Assembly (NCBI RefSeq): GCF_006345805.1
Contig: NC_043014.1
Coordinates: 55,118,001-55,182,000, forward strand
Origin: Octopus sinensis
Taxonomy: Eukaryota
Reading direction: 5' to 3'
Length of the DNA stretch: 64,000 nt
Under the pieces are notes generated by a model. It saw only the letters and a list, made by a program, of their open reading frames with translations, made no database searches and was not told the origin of the DNA. The position numbers and the translations under genes are program-made. Shown here in pieces: positions 1-13,901 of the stretch. Numbering within the stretch: the stretch's first letter is position 1; every line of letters starts with the position of its first letter.

Positions 1-24
1 AGTATAAACGGAATTTGTCTTTTA

Positions 25-409
25 TCCATTTTGTTGCCATATTTCTGTTGGAAAATACTGTTGTTATTTTAATTAGTTTTAAAACTAACGAAGAACTTTG
101 TAAAATAATTTTGTCGTTATTCAACTGATATTTGGAACAAAACTTAACATGAAATCTCGAGGGAAGATTTTAATTTAGATTCTTCGAAGCCTTTTGTTAC
201 CAAATTCTTAGAGAAATACACTAGCTGTGTTGCAATTAATTCTGAAAATAACCAAGACTTAAGTAAAATAATTCAGCATTAATCTGGTGTTTGGAACACA
301 AATTAACATGAAATCTTGGTGGAGGGTTCTAATTTCAGTCACTTTAAAACAGAAAGTTTGTCTGATAAAACCAAGAGTGGATTCTGACAGGTTGGTATTG
401 AAACGGTTA
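25..409 (+). mobile_element. Two adjacent degenerate copies of the piggyBac-type MITE family
   Basis: Internal motifs (tagtaaaataa..., aaattaacatgaaat..., gtcactttaaaacag) occur twice and match the MITEs at 40376 and 59526. The second copy ends in ggttggtattgaaacggtta, a decayed AAAGGG|TTAA end. Confidence 0.55.
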
Positions 410-608
410 GGCGGCGAGCTGGCAGAAACATAAGCACGCCGGGCGAAATGCGTAGCCGTATTTCGTCTGTCGTTACGTTGTGAGTTCAAATTCCGCCAAG
501 GTCGACTTTGCCTTTCATCCTTTCGGGGTCGATGTAATCGACTTAATACCTATGTCTGTCTTTGTTTGTCCCCTCTATGTTTAGCCCCTTGTGGGTAATA
601 AAGAAATA
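410..608 (+). mobile_element. SINE family A, internally deleted, with 16-bp TSD
   Basis: Head ggcggcgagctggcagaa, B-box-like gagttcaaattcc, tail ...gtgggtaataaagaaata. Flanked by ggtattgaaacggtta at 394-409 and 609-624. Confidence 0.85.
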
Positions 609-924
609 GGTATTGAAACGGTTAAGGTAGGTTAGAGTGAGGCAAAGAGTGTTATGTGCCATACCTAGACGACAGACACCACGGTTGACTGTTGCTAGTT
701 TATGACCTCACTGGAAAAAGTGAAATCTAATAGGGGTTGCTTGGATTGTGGGTTTTATTATTAATGGAATGACATTACTAATGTCAACTCTGATATCCTG
801 CCTCATACACAAGTGCTACACCAGAAATGCTAAACAAGAATATTAGCTAGAAAAATCTATACCAGTTTTAATTAAGGAAAAACAAGAAAATAAATTGCAT
901 TTAGCTGTGCATATGTACATGGTA

Positions 925-1632
<708 letters not shown>

Positions 1633-3420
1633 GGGTGTGTTACAAACACATATGTGAAAGCTATGCAAACTTTGGAATGAAGAAACTAATCTAATTGTGT
1701 AACAGACCATATCAGGAAAGTTGAAAGTTGATAGAATAATGACTAAACCAAACTGGTTCCATCATTTAAGGAATGGTCAGTGTTCTGGCTGGCAATCTAG
1801 CTAACATTCAGAAGCTATAAATAAAACGTTCTATGAGACAAATTCTATTGCATTCTATTGCATGCATAGTACTGTAAGAGGAGGGGAAAATAACAAAAAA
1901 TAAGAGGAGGAGGAGGAGGAAGAAAAAGGAAAACTGGACTCCTAAGAGAATTTGTCGCAAAGATATCATACAAAAATGTGGTATGAGCAAGTACAGTATT
2001 AATAGGTTTTCATGGTTGGAGCATAGGAACTATAGATTTGGTGGTGTAGCTGTCAACCCTTCTCAACATCCATGAGGAGTGGAGCAGGTATGACTGAACG
2101 GTTGAGTTTGCTTTGCAATAATGAGCTCTCAGGTTCAAGTCCCACTATCCACCCATTAAGCATCAGACTGACTAATACTTCACCAACAGAATTTGGCAGA
2201 CAGAAACCATCATCATCATCATCATCATTATCATTATTATTATAATTATTATTATTGCTTTGGCTTTGCTTTAATGTATATAAACTGCACCCAAGTCTCA
2301 ACCAGAGGAATCAAGAGAGAAGATTTTCCACATCTAAAGATGCTAACAGGCAAGGTGCCATACCTTTCAAAGAACTGATGTCTGTGAGTGAGAAACAAAA
2401 ATCTTTATAAAATTTATAACACTGAATGGGTAAGATTGTATTTAGATGGAGAGAGAGGTTTACATAAAATATCTGAGGTACCCATAAATACGATCTTTTG
2501 CAATCCACTTATTTCGGGGCGGCCAGGAATTTGGTCTACATACTTCTTTGTTATGTTTCTTCTTCTTCTTCTTCTTATTATTATTATCGTTAAAGGTGAT
2601 GAGCTGGCAGAATCGTTAGCATGCCAAGCGAAATGCTTAGCAGTATTTTCTCTGCCGCTCCATTCTGAGTCTAAATTCCACAAAGGTAGACTTTGCTTTT
2701 CATCCTTTCTGTGTCGATAAATTAAGTACCAGTTACGCACTGGGGTTGATGTAATCGACAAGACTCCCTCCCCACCCAAATTTCAGGCCTTGTGCCTATA
2801 ATAGAAAGGATTATTATTATTATTATGTTATGTTTGACTTTTGCTTTATATTTGTACAAGTTGGCTCCAAGTCTCACCCAGAGACCTCAAGAGACAATTT
2901 GGAAGTTTGTGTTGGTGTTATACCTAAGGTGCCATAAATTTGGTTTTGTACTTAGTGTTGTATTAGTGAATGTCTAAAAAAACCATACGAAAATTATGTG
3001 TTTTAAAACTTGAGATTACATAGAAAGTATTTTGCGTAGGATATGAGCAGTTCCTATGAGCACTATCTTTTGAATTTCTGCCATTTTGGGGTTTCCTGGT
3101 ATCTGAGCTAGGTAGCAATCAACCCCTTTGCTATCATTCCCAGGGCACCTATGACAACAGGTATTATTTTAGTCTTCAGGTTTCTTATTATTATTATTAT
3201 CATTATTATTATTATTGTGGTGAGCTGACAAAATTGTTAGCACACCAGGTAAATTGCTTAGCAGCATTTCACCTGTATTTACATTCTGAGTTCAAGTTCC
3301 ACCAAAGCCAGTCAACTTTGCCTTTCATCCTTTCAGGATTGATAAAATAAATACCAACTGAGCACTGAAATTGCTGGCCTTGTGCCAAAATTTGAAACCA
3401 TCATTATTGTTATTATTATA

Positions 3421-3452
<32 letters not shown>

Positions 3453-4117
3453 CATCATTATTAAGGCAGGGAGTTGGCAGACTCATTAGCATGCTGGGCA
3501 AAATGCTTAGAGGCATTGCATCTGTCATTACATTCTGAGATCAAATTCTGCCGAGGTGGACTTTGCCTTTCATCCTTTTGGGAGCCAGGGAAGTAGGTAC
3601 CAGTTGAGCACTGGGGGTTGATGTAATCAACTAGACCCCCTCCCCCCAAAATTTCAGGCCTTGTGCCTATAGCAGATTATTGTTGTTGCTGCTATTTCAG
3701 CAACCGAGTGGCAGGTGCAAGAATTCTGCACTAAATGACCTTCGAGTCTTCCATTACTTCTCTTCCGTATGTTCAAGTTTCCAAGTTCAAATCACACCAG
3801 AATCGACTTCCCGTGTCTTTCGTCCCCGCTGAGCTGGTACAACAAATGCTGTTATAACGATAATAATAAATCAATGATATGATTGATTATTATGAAGAGC
3901 CAGCAAACTGTGGCTTGGTGCCAACAAAAAAAAATGGTTTCTCTGTCTTTGTTGTTGTTTTCATTCTTTCACTCAATGTAGCACCTCCCCCCACACACCC
4001 CTGCTGCTTCTTGTTTGTTTCCTTTGTATTGCATCTTTGTATTGTCTCTCTAATGTCTTGGGCTCTTGTGACCGATAAAAGAATTCATCATCATCATCAT
4101 TATTAGTATTATTATTA

Positions 4118-4452
4118 TTATTACCTCCGCCTTAACGAAAGTGAAAGTATTGTTTTCAGTCGTATTTGTTTGTCCGCTGGATCGATTCGGATGAAACTTC
4201 CAGGGATGTCTGGCCTCGTGACTGGCACGAACTGATTAGATTCTGGGATTGATCCGGTACCAGACAAGGATTCTGGATTATTTTTCCTTAATTGTTTTTC
4301 TACTTAATTGTTGAGAGCAGTAAGGATCGTTCTTGTTTGTGAGAGAAGTCGAGTTTATTTCAGATATTTTCATTTTAAAAATCCTCTCTGGCCAATCGTC
4401 GAGAAGACGTTGGTGTTGCCTTGGCGGAGGTTTGCCCTCTCTGAGTGCTTGT
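4118..4452 (+). mobile_element. Non-autonomous Helentron-like element (HINE/DINE-1-type architecture)
   Basis: Subterminal inverted repeat acctccgcc (4123-4131) / ggcggaggt (4423-4431), 3' stem-loop gccctc-tct-gagtgc, inserted in a (TTA)n run. Confidence 0.7.
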
Positions 4453-4619
4453 TATTATTATTATTATTCTTTTCTACTGTAGGCACAAAGCCCAAAATTT
4501 TTGGGGACGGGGGCCAATCAATTAGATCGTCCCCAGTATGCAACTGGTACTTAATTTATCGACCCCAAAAGGATAAGAGGCAAAGTCGACCTAGGTAGAA
4601 TTTGAGCTCAGAATGTAAA

Positions 4620-4855
4620 GACAGACGAAATACCTATTTCTTTACTACCCACAAGGGGCTAAACACAGAGGGGACAAACAAGGACAGACATAGGTATTAA
4701 GTCGATATACCAGTGAATAACTGGTACTTATTTAATCAACCCCAAAAGGATGAAAGGCAAAGTCGACCTCGGCGGAATTTGAACTCAGAACGTAACAGCA
4801 GCCGAAATGCCACGAAGCATTTCACCCGGTGTGCTAACGATTCTGCCAGCTCACC
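4620..4855 (-). mobile_element. SINE family A
   Basis: Reverse complement of the family A head, centre and tail (tatttctttactacccacaagggg...ctgccagctcacc). Confidence 0.8.
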
Positions 4856-5059
4856 CCCTTATTGTTATTATAATTATCATAATTATCAAAGAGCTGCAAC
4901 AGTAGTAATGATAAAAAGCCAGACTACATTAGCTGACAGTTTCATCTTGCTATATTGTACTTTTAAATCCATCAAAGATTATGCAAGTATATAGTTATGT
5001 GATGTGGAGGGTTTCATTCCTTGTAAATTTGTGATCTTGTGCCAATACCAGAAAATAAT

Positions 5060-5300
5060 ATTATTATTATTATCATTCTTTTAACTCTGGTTTTGTTGGA
5101 GCTCTTGGAGTCTTGCATGCCTAGCAAGCTTGTTACCTGCAACCCATGGTACCATGCTGTCTGTTCTTTCCAATTATCTAATAATTTCTTGAGGATTCTG
5201 GCTGGGCCAAGGAGGGAAATTTTTTGCAACAGTTCTACTGGGCACTCTGTTACCATTTCTTTTACATTCTTCTCGATGTCTTCTTTTGATAATAGGATGA
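5060..5300 (-). mobile_element. 3' fragment of an RLE-type (R4/Dong-like) LINE
   Basis: Translates as ...CPVELLQKISLLGPARILKKLLD, matching the QKxxLLGTARILRKVL C-terminal motif of restriction-like endonuclease LINEs. Followed by an (ATA)n tail. Confidence 0.6.
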
Positions 5301-5848
5301 TATTATTATTATTATTATGATGTTCAAGATGGACCCAGATGTCAATAGAGTCTATTGTGAAAAATCAACCACCACCTTCTTTGGCAAGGAAAATTGGGGG
5401 TCATTTTACTCTGTCTGGCAGAGGAAGTTGTGTAGTGGACCCGGGTGGAAAGTTTTAGAACAGAGCTTTTACTCTCAATCCCAAACCTCACCAACTTCTT
5501 CAACTCCTACATGACAAGGTAAGGAAAGGATAGAGAAGAGGGTGGCTGCCCCCCCCCCCAGTTAGTTTTATGAAAGGTAAGGGGAGAGAGAGTAGCTAAA
5601 AGGGCCTACACTAATCATGTGGTTGTATGTTGGCAGCAACAACTGGGAGAGTAATCTGGGATTGTGTTTAGGGTGTTCCCTCCACTGAATCCCTGTCTAC
5701 ACACCGTCCATTTAGGGGCTCCTTCCTTGTTCTTGTTTTACTTTTTCTAGACCAGGGGTAGTAAAGATATAGCATGCAGTAAAGTTTGATCTAATCCTGT
5801 GTCTTAACATCTTCCATACAATATCTATATATATTATATATATATATT

Positions 5849-6312
5849 ACGTGCCGGTGACACGTAAAAGCACCGTCCGTTCGTGGCCGTTTGCCAGCTC
5901 TGTCTGGCAACCGTGTCGGTGGCACGTAAAAGCACCATCCGTTCGCGTCCGTTGCCAGCCTCGCCTGGCCCCCGTGCCGGTGACACGTAAAAGCACCATC
6001 CGCTCGTGGCCATTTGCCAGCTCTGTCTGGCCCCGTGTCGGTGGCACGTAAAAGCACCATCCGTTCATGTCCGTTGCCAGCATCGCCTGGCCCCGTGCCG
6101 GTGACACGTAAAAGCACCTGTGCAGGTGGCACGTAAAAAACACCCACTACACTCGCGGAGTGGTTGGCGTTAGGAAGGGCATCCAGCCGTAGAAACACTG
6201 CCAGATCTGACTGGGCCTGACGAAGCCTTCCAGCTTCACAGACCCCAGTTGACCCGTCCAACCCATGCTAGCATGGAAAGCGGACGCTAAATGATGATGA
6301 TGATGATGATGA
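5849..6312 (+). mobile_element. SINE family C with internal ~60-bp tandem units and (GAT)n tail
   Basis: 4-5 units of gtgccggtg(a/g)cacgtaaaagcaccatccg..., then the conserved body ...ttaggaagggcatccagc...gcatggaaagcggacgctaaa(tga)n. Confidence 0.85.
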
Positions 6313-6599
6313 TATATATATATATATATGCCACTAGGATGTGTTCACAGTCATTGCCTAATTAACATCAATTCTGATTAGTCAAATCAGTAGACCTTAG
6401 GAGAATATGTTGCTGTTATCTTAACCGATGAAAAAGAAACCTATGAATCCATACGATAAAAGATATGACCTACTTCCCCTTCCCTTTTTGCATACAAGGC
6501 CTGTGCCAAATGGAAGCATTCTTTTCACAAATATACACATGTGCCTGACCAAATGGATTGTAGTGAAAGGAATGATATTGAAAAGCTTTGCTGAAGAAA

Positions 6600-6850
6600 C
6601 AGAAGTTTCTTATCGGGTATCGATCTTGCTAAAGGAATTCTAAGCATTCATTTGGACAATTTCCATCTCAATTCTCACTTTAAGAACTTCTACCTAAGAG
6701 GATACGATACATATAGGTCAAGTGGATCGGTTTTTCTCATACATCAATACATACAAACTTTGTTAACACCTCAAGTTCTTCCCTTTATTATTAATAAAGC
6801 TGTTACAGTGTATATTAACCCCTTTGTTCATTTACTTTGGCCTACACTAG
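6600..6850 (+). mobile_element. Possible decayed LINE apurinic endonuclease fragment
   Basis: Open frame ...ILSIHLDNFHLNSHFKNFYLRGYDTYRSSGSVFLIHQYIQ resembles the GY-x-x-YR...GGV-x-I segment of LINE endonucleases. Catalytic residues are not recognisable. Confidence 0.35.
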
Positions 6851-8846
6851 GAACAAGGGTTCAGGAGGAATAATTATTCCTCTCTGCACCCTCATCCCCT
6901 CACCTCTGTTCTAGACAGCTATTAACCTTTAGCATGCTTAGGTGCATTATGTTGCTATAGAGTTTCCTCCCCTGTAGCTGCAAGTGCATTGTGCCGCATA
7001 GAGAGGGGAGAAAACTGATACCATAACATAATGCACCTACAGCATGCTAAAGGTCAATCAATATTTACTGCTATCCTCATCTATTCACATTGCTATTGTT
7101 AGTTTCACCTTTTTTGTTCACTGTAACCTCCACACTGTACTTTGGTGGTTGTATTCTTTTCTATTTAACTTTTATGCTGTCCCTAGCATGTCAGTGGGCC
7201 CGTGTGGTCAATAAAAGAAAACCATTATAATTATCGTTACTGTTGACTTGATTCGTTATGACAACTGTAATGACGAATGTGTCTCAACAGGTATTGAAAA
7301 AAAAAAGAAGAAACGATAAAAAAAAACAATTGTTATATTTCTGTAGAGAAGAAGCATTGGAAAAAATAATAAATAAATAAAAAAGCAGTATGAATATGGA
7401 AGAGCCAACTAAGGATCAGGGGGGTGGTAGGATGTCAAAGTCTGGAAAAATAAATAAATAAAAAAAAAAACATAATATCTGGTAACAATAGGTATTAAAG
7501 AAAATGGTAACTGGAATTGGGCAGCAGTTGTGGCATGAAGAAGCAGCAGCAGCAACAGCAGCAGCAAAAAAAAAAAAAATTCAATCAACAGAACTGTCTT
7601 TAATAGAAATTATTATTAATGATAATAATAATAATAATAGCAATAATAATAATAATAATTGTTAGTTTCTCTGCTTCAGTTAAGAAAAAAAAATAAAACT
7701 GCTTCCTACTAAGTTAACGATGATTATAATTAAAGGTTTTGTTTTAATTAATGGGTTGGCATTGTTATTTGTCTTTGAGCAATAGCACTAAAAGATTAGA
7801 ATTGAGAGAAAAAAGTAAGAAAGAAAGAAAGAAAGATAGGGAGAAAGGAAGAAAGAAAAAGGAATGAAAAAAAGGCCATCTTTGTGTTTTTTTTTTTTGT
7901 TGCAGACATTCATTAGAAATAACCTAAGCAAAGCAAATTAACAAGGAAATAATAAACAAATCCTGTTTATTAATTCAACAACTAATTCCTACACTAATTC
8001 TTTTTTTGTTTTTGTAGTCCAAGGATTTAGTTTGGGTCTAAAATATATTTTAAAATTATTTTTCGAAAAATACAAAATTTAAATGATAAATTTTTCTTCT
8101 TTCTTTTTCTTGTTTTTTTTTTTGCCTAATTGCAGTTTAGATCAGAAATGGAACAGTGAATAATAGGTGGTCATGAAATTGGGAGAAAAAAAATGATGAA
8201 TGAATATTAAGGAGGGTGGGTGTGCGGAGAGAGAGAGAGAAAGAGAGAGAAACAATTTTCTCTCTGTATATACATTTGTGTTATTAGTAAACCAATTGAA
8301 GGTCTCATCAATTTCTTTCTGCAAAGAGTGGTTACTACACTCGTGGAGTGGTTGGCGTTAGGAAGGGCATCCAGCTGTAGAAACCCTGCCAGATCAGACT
8401 GGAGCCTGGTGCAGCCTCCTGGCTTCCCAGACCCTGGTCGAACCGTCCAACCCATGCTAGCATGGAAAACGGACGATGATGATGATGATGATGAATTTTG
8501 AAGTTGTAATATTTCTGTCTATCGCCAAGAGACAAAACAAAAATTCTTTTGTCTATATAATAAATATCACCATCATCATTTCAATGTTCCCTTTTCCCAT
8601 TCTTATATGACTCAGGTGGAATTCCCGAAGGCAGATTTTCTTTGGCCAGACGCCTTTCCCGTTGCCAACCTTCACTTGTTTCCAAGAGAAGGTAATATTT
8701 CTCCATCGCCAGACATGTTTCACATGGAAATCTAGACACAAATAACATCACTTACAAGGAGAAACACACACACATGATGAGCTTCTTCTAGTTTCCATCT
8801 AGCAAATCCACTCAGAAGGCTTTGGTCAGCCAGGAACTATAGTAGA

Positions 8847-9264
8847 TCATCATCATTGTTCGACCGTGGTCGAGACAATGGAATTTACCATGCTACGCCA
8901 GACTTCGCGGTCCATCATGGTATTACGGAGGTCCTGTTGCTGGATGCCTGTATCCCTGGAGATTACATCAGGGTAGGATGTAATCTTCAAAGCCACAGTC
9001 GAACCAATTCTACTATATGGCTCAGAAACCTGGACGTTATCAAAGAAGCTTGAGAGGCGGTTGGATGGAACCTACACTTGCCTCCTTATGAGAGCTCAAA
9101 ATCTCTCGTGGAAGCGCCATCCAACCAAAATGCAAATATATGGGAAACTACCACCTGTGTCATCTCTTCTGAAAGGTAGGAGAGTCCAGTTTGCTGGACA
9201 TTGTTGTAGAGCTGAAAACGAGGCAATTTCTACTCTTCTCCTCTGGAAGCCATCTACTCGCAAT
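8847..9264 (-). mobile_element. RTE-clade LINE 3' fragment with 5' inversion, inserted in a family B SINE
   Basis: The minus strand gives SYPDVISRDTGIQQQDLRNTMMDREVWRSMV plus a (GAT)n tail. The plus strand gives IFKATVEPILLYGSETWTLSKKLERRLDGTYT...RRVQFAGHCCR. TSD actatagtaga at 8836-8846 and 9265-9275. Confidence 0.85.
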
Positions 9265-10842
9265 ACTATAGTAGAAGGTACTATCCCAGATGCTGCACAA
9301 TGGGACTGAACCCAAGACCACATGGTTGGTAAGCAAGCTTCTAAACCACACAGCCACACCTGTGACTATCAGGATTTTATATAAGAAGCTTCCTCTATCA
9401 ATACCATAAGTTTCAAGCTGTTGATCTTCAGATAATTATATAAATGTTCAAAGGCAGGCAAAATGAACCAAAGAATAAGTTTAGAAAACTTGCATTTCGA
9501 ATGAAATTATAGTACCCACTCCTCCCCACAACTTTTGTTTGTTTGGGTTATTTTCTTTCTCTTCTTGTAAAACAATGCTTTCTTAAATGTTTTTATCAGG
9601 TGGGGGTGGGGGGCAAAAACTTAAAAATTTTTTTTTGCAAAGTATGTGCACATCCAGAAAGTATCCATGCTGAGGCCAAGTAAAAAGCACCCAGGGCACT
9701 CTGTAAAGTGGTTGGCATTAGGAAGGGCATCCAGCCATAGAAACAATGCCAAAACAGACAATTGGAACCTGGGGCAGCTCTCTGGTTTGCCAACTCCTGT
9801 CAAAGAGTCCAACCCATACCAACATGGAAAATGTATGTTAAATGGGGGAGGAAAAAGTATTCATTCTATAGTTCTCTTTTGCTGCACTGCTAAGTTATAC
9901 AATATAAACACACCCACACCTGTTGCCAAGTGGTGGTGGAGACAAACACAGACACACACACACACACAATGTGCTTCTTTCAATTTCTGTCTACCAAATC
10001 CACTCACATGGCTTTAGTTTGGTCCACTTGTCCAAGGTGCCACGAGATAGGATTGAACCAAAAGCCATGTGGTTGGGAAGCAGACTTCTTACCACACAGC
10101 TATGCCTGTACACATCATATATTACGTATTTCACTATTTGTATTTTTTATTAAAGATTGCAATAATTTCATTCTATGTCTGCACAAAAGTTAAACGCTGC
10201 TAAGATTGTATTTTTAGATTTTTTCTCTTCTCCGTCTCTCGTGTCTTTTGACTATGGCAAAGGAGAACCCCCCCACCACACCCCCTCCACCACCATCCCA
10301 AACAACCACGAAATGTTATTTCCTTTGCACAATGGAATTTCCTTATTTTTTCTCTCTCCATCATTTTTCCATGAGAAACAGAAGCAATCAAAAGCTCCAT
10401 TCACATGGACTTTCAGATGTAACACAATTACATACAATGGAATAATTCGAGGTTCTTTTTTTTTTTTTAAATATTTTTCTTTTTAGCTTAATAAATTGTT
10501 TTTTTTTTTGGTTGTTTTTTTTCTTATCAAGATCTGAGAAGAGTAACAACTCAATCAAACGGTAATACAAGTTGAAGTTTCTTTTTTTTTTTTAAGAAAA
10601 AGAAAAAAAAAAAACTACTAGTTTTTGAAGATTTACCTGTTAAAATGCTGAGAGTTGGGAGCCAAATGGAATAATAGATTACAGACTAAAAGCAATTTGA
10701 AATCATTCTAGCACAAGAAGATAATAGGGACTCAAATGCCATATTGTTTCAAAACTTAAAGAGTTAGAAACGTGTGTGTGTGTTGGCATCATCATCATCA
10801 TCTTCTCGGCTGGTATGGGTTGGATGGGTTGACAAGATCCAA

Positions 10843-11075
10843 GGGTGGCGAGCTGGCAGAAACGTTAGCACGCCGGGCGAAATGCGTAGTCGTATTTCGT
10901 CTGCCGTTACGTTCTGAGTTCAAATTCCGCCGAGGTCGACTTTGCCTTTCATCCTTTTGGGGTTGATTAAATAAGTACCAGTTATGCGCTGGGGTCAATG
11001 TAATCGACTTAATCCGTGTGTCTGTCCTTGTTTGTCTCCCTCTGTGTTTAGCCCCTTGTGGGTAGTAAAGGAATA
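10843..11075 (+). mobile_element. SINE family A, full length, about 16-bp TSD, nested in a family C fragment
   Basis: Complete head and tail; flanks ggttgacaagatccaa and ggtttgacaagatccaa. Confidence 0.88.
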
Positions 11076-13868
11076 GGTTTGACAAGATCCAACGAGCCAA
11101 AGGACAGCATCGTGTTCCAATGTTTGCATTGTTATGGTTTCTGCAGCTGGATGCCTTTCCTTTAATGCCGACCTCTTAACAGAGTGCCGTGAGTGGATTT
11201 TTCGTGACCCCAACAAGAGTCGGGGGGTCACCAAGTAACTTGCAAGACAAAGAAGAAGCCACACCACAACTGAGTGGGGTTGCAGTAGAGGGTGGGTAGG
11301 CTTTATATCAGGTACTGAGAAGCTAAAGAATGATAGAGAGAGAAAGGCACACGTGTCTTGCTATAGAGGAGATATAGGGATGGGAATAGCTAGAAAGAAG
11401 ACAGATATATATATATCATATATATATTTTTTCTTTTACTTGTTTCAGTTATTTGACTGTGGCCATGCTGGAGCACCATCTTTAGTCAAGCAAATCAACC
11501 ACACCCACTCACAAGGCTTTGGTCAGCCTGAGGCTACAGTAGAAGACAATTGCCCAAAGTGCCACACAGTGGGACTGAACCCGGGACCATGTGGTTGGTA
11601 GGCAAGCTACTTCCCACACACCCACTCTTGTGCCTATATATATATACGTTTATATATTTATAGGCTAAACTGGCAAAATGACCATTCCGAAATATAACAA
11701 TATATATATATATATATAAATGTGTGTGTATACACTGATGTGTGTATAGATGCAAAACTAGGCTAAACCAAATGACAGAAGTTCAATTGTGATACATTAG
11801 TCTGAACCAAGACAATCCAAAACAGACATTCACAGTTAAGAACTTGAGTGTTCATTTGTCTGGAAACTAGCAAACTAGTTCCAAAAGTAATGGCTGCCTA
11901 TCAAGAGCTACGTCAGAAGTCTGCTGGTGCCATGAATGCTTTTAGAAACGATTTTTTAATGAAATATTTTTGAAAGTGCTATTTCTTTGTTTTTGATAAA
12001 GAATTCCAAGGATGTCAGATGAAAGATGGTAAATGGTAGATCAAAGAGGAAGATTAAATAAGGACAGATTATTTTAAGGATTAAAAAATGTTTAAAAAGT
12101 AAAATCCTTGGAATACTGGTTTAATTTTAGCTAAAACAGGTGTAAAAAAAAAGGTTTGAGAATAAAATAATGGTGGCCATGGAAGTTTAAGAAAGATAGC
12201 CAAAACTTGAAGAATAATTCAAGGAATGGTTTGGAAAGAAAGAAAGGAAGACAGAAAAGAATGGTAAATAAAACAACAACAACAAAAATGTAATTGTGCA
12301 TTTGAACAGAACAAATAATTGATTTTAGAGGAAAAGTGTAAATTATATGATAAAAAAAATAACAAAAAAAACTATATCGGAATTTACCTGTAACAGGAAT
12401 CAATTCCATTCAAGCCAAAAGATCTAAAAATTATTAAAATAATGTTTAAAAAAAAGAATGTTGATAAATTAAAGAGGGGTGGGGAGGGGGTGTTACAATT
12501 TTAAGGACTTTGGGTGATGGGGGAAAAATTGGAATGGAATCAACAACATTGGAGTGTTTACTGAAATGGTTCTTTATTTAGCTTTTTTTTGCTTTTTTAT
12601 AGAAATAATTTCAAGATGTGTCTTGCTAGTATTAAAAAATTACTATTATTGTTACTAGATTAAAATAGCTATTTATGTACCATACTTAATGTAAATACAC
12701 AGAGAATTACAAATTTAGAGCAGAATTCATCAGGAGATATCATTTAAGACATACTGTGTTTATAAATTCAATATATATTGGAAGGAAGATGGCAGAATTG
12801 TTACTGTACCAAGCAAAATGCCTGTGGCATTTCGTACATCTTTACATTCTAAGTTCAAATTCCACCAAGGTTGACCCTATCTTTCATCCTTTCTCGGTTG
12901 ATGAAATAAGTACCAGTTGGGTACTGAAGTTGATATAATCAATTTACCTCCTCCTCCAAAATTGCTAGCCTTGTGCCAAAATTTGAAATATCGGAAGGAG
13001 ATGAAAATGATCTCAGTAGCAGCAAGTGAGAACGCCAGATGCATTTCTACGTTGTTGAGCATCCTCAATGGCATGTAGATACATAGATGGTTATTTTAAT
13101 CTACTATGTTATGTTGTGCATAACAGATTTTTATTCTGCTCGGCAGCTATCTGCAACATCAGTGACTGTTTATTCACTGTGGTGGTAAATTTGGTCTAAG
13201 TATACATTTGGCTGTGAGTACATGGTTTTGACAATGCCAATAAGGCAGAAATTCATCTAGAGTTCTCATAAGCCACAGCAAGAATAACTTTTGTATCCCT
13301 TCAATATATATATATATATATATATATTGTGCTTTTAAACACACCCTGTCCATAAGAGATATCATCTCTAGAAGAAAACCACAGTAGATTTGCTTTCTGT
13401 GATGCATTTGTATTGAGTATGACACAGTATATTATTATTATTGGGCATTTTCACTGTATGACTGATCATAGCTTTGAGATAAGTCATACACTGCTTTAGG
13501 TATATACAGTTTTTGTTGAAGGCTTTGTGGCTCTTGCTGTGTTGACAGTACACCAGGTAACACCAATGCAGTGCTCTGTGGTGACATTGTCAGTCCAGGA
13601 ATTCTGGTTATGACCTTAAAAAGTTTTCCCTTTTTATCATCCCTTATCATCCCAGAAGCACACAGAGACTGTTTACAACCTCTGTCCCCCTACTCAGGTT
13701 ATCACCATTAACCGTTTCCTCTTATCTACCTTTATATGTAGATAATCAATACCCATTTCTTCAAGCGGTACATCATTAAACATTGGGACTAGTATATCAG
13801 TCCCTGACATGTATCGGTTAAGACCGATTAGCAACTACCTTCATTCATGGCAGTCAACAACAGCAATA

Positions 13869-13901
<33 letters not shown>

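Noticed and set aside
5849-6140. CRISPR-like regularly spaced repeats (also 18660-18940, 37085-37250)
   Set aside because: Whole ~60-bp units repeat with no unique spacers, they lie inside a SINE, and there are no cas genes in this animal intron.
13438-13650. Minus ORF ...IPGLTMSPQSTALVLPG... as the next SNRK exon
   Set aside because: A phase-compatible AG exists, but the upstream region is purine-rich with no pyrimidine tract and I see no SNRK similarity. Junction reads would be needed.
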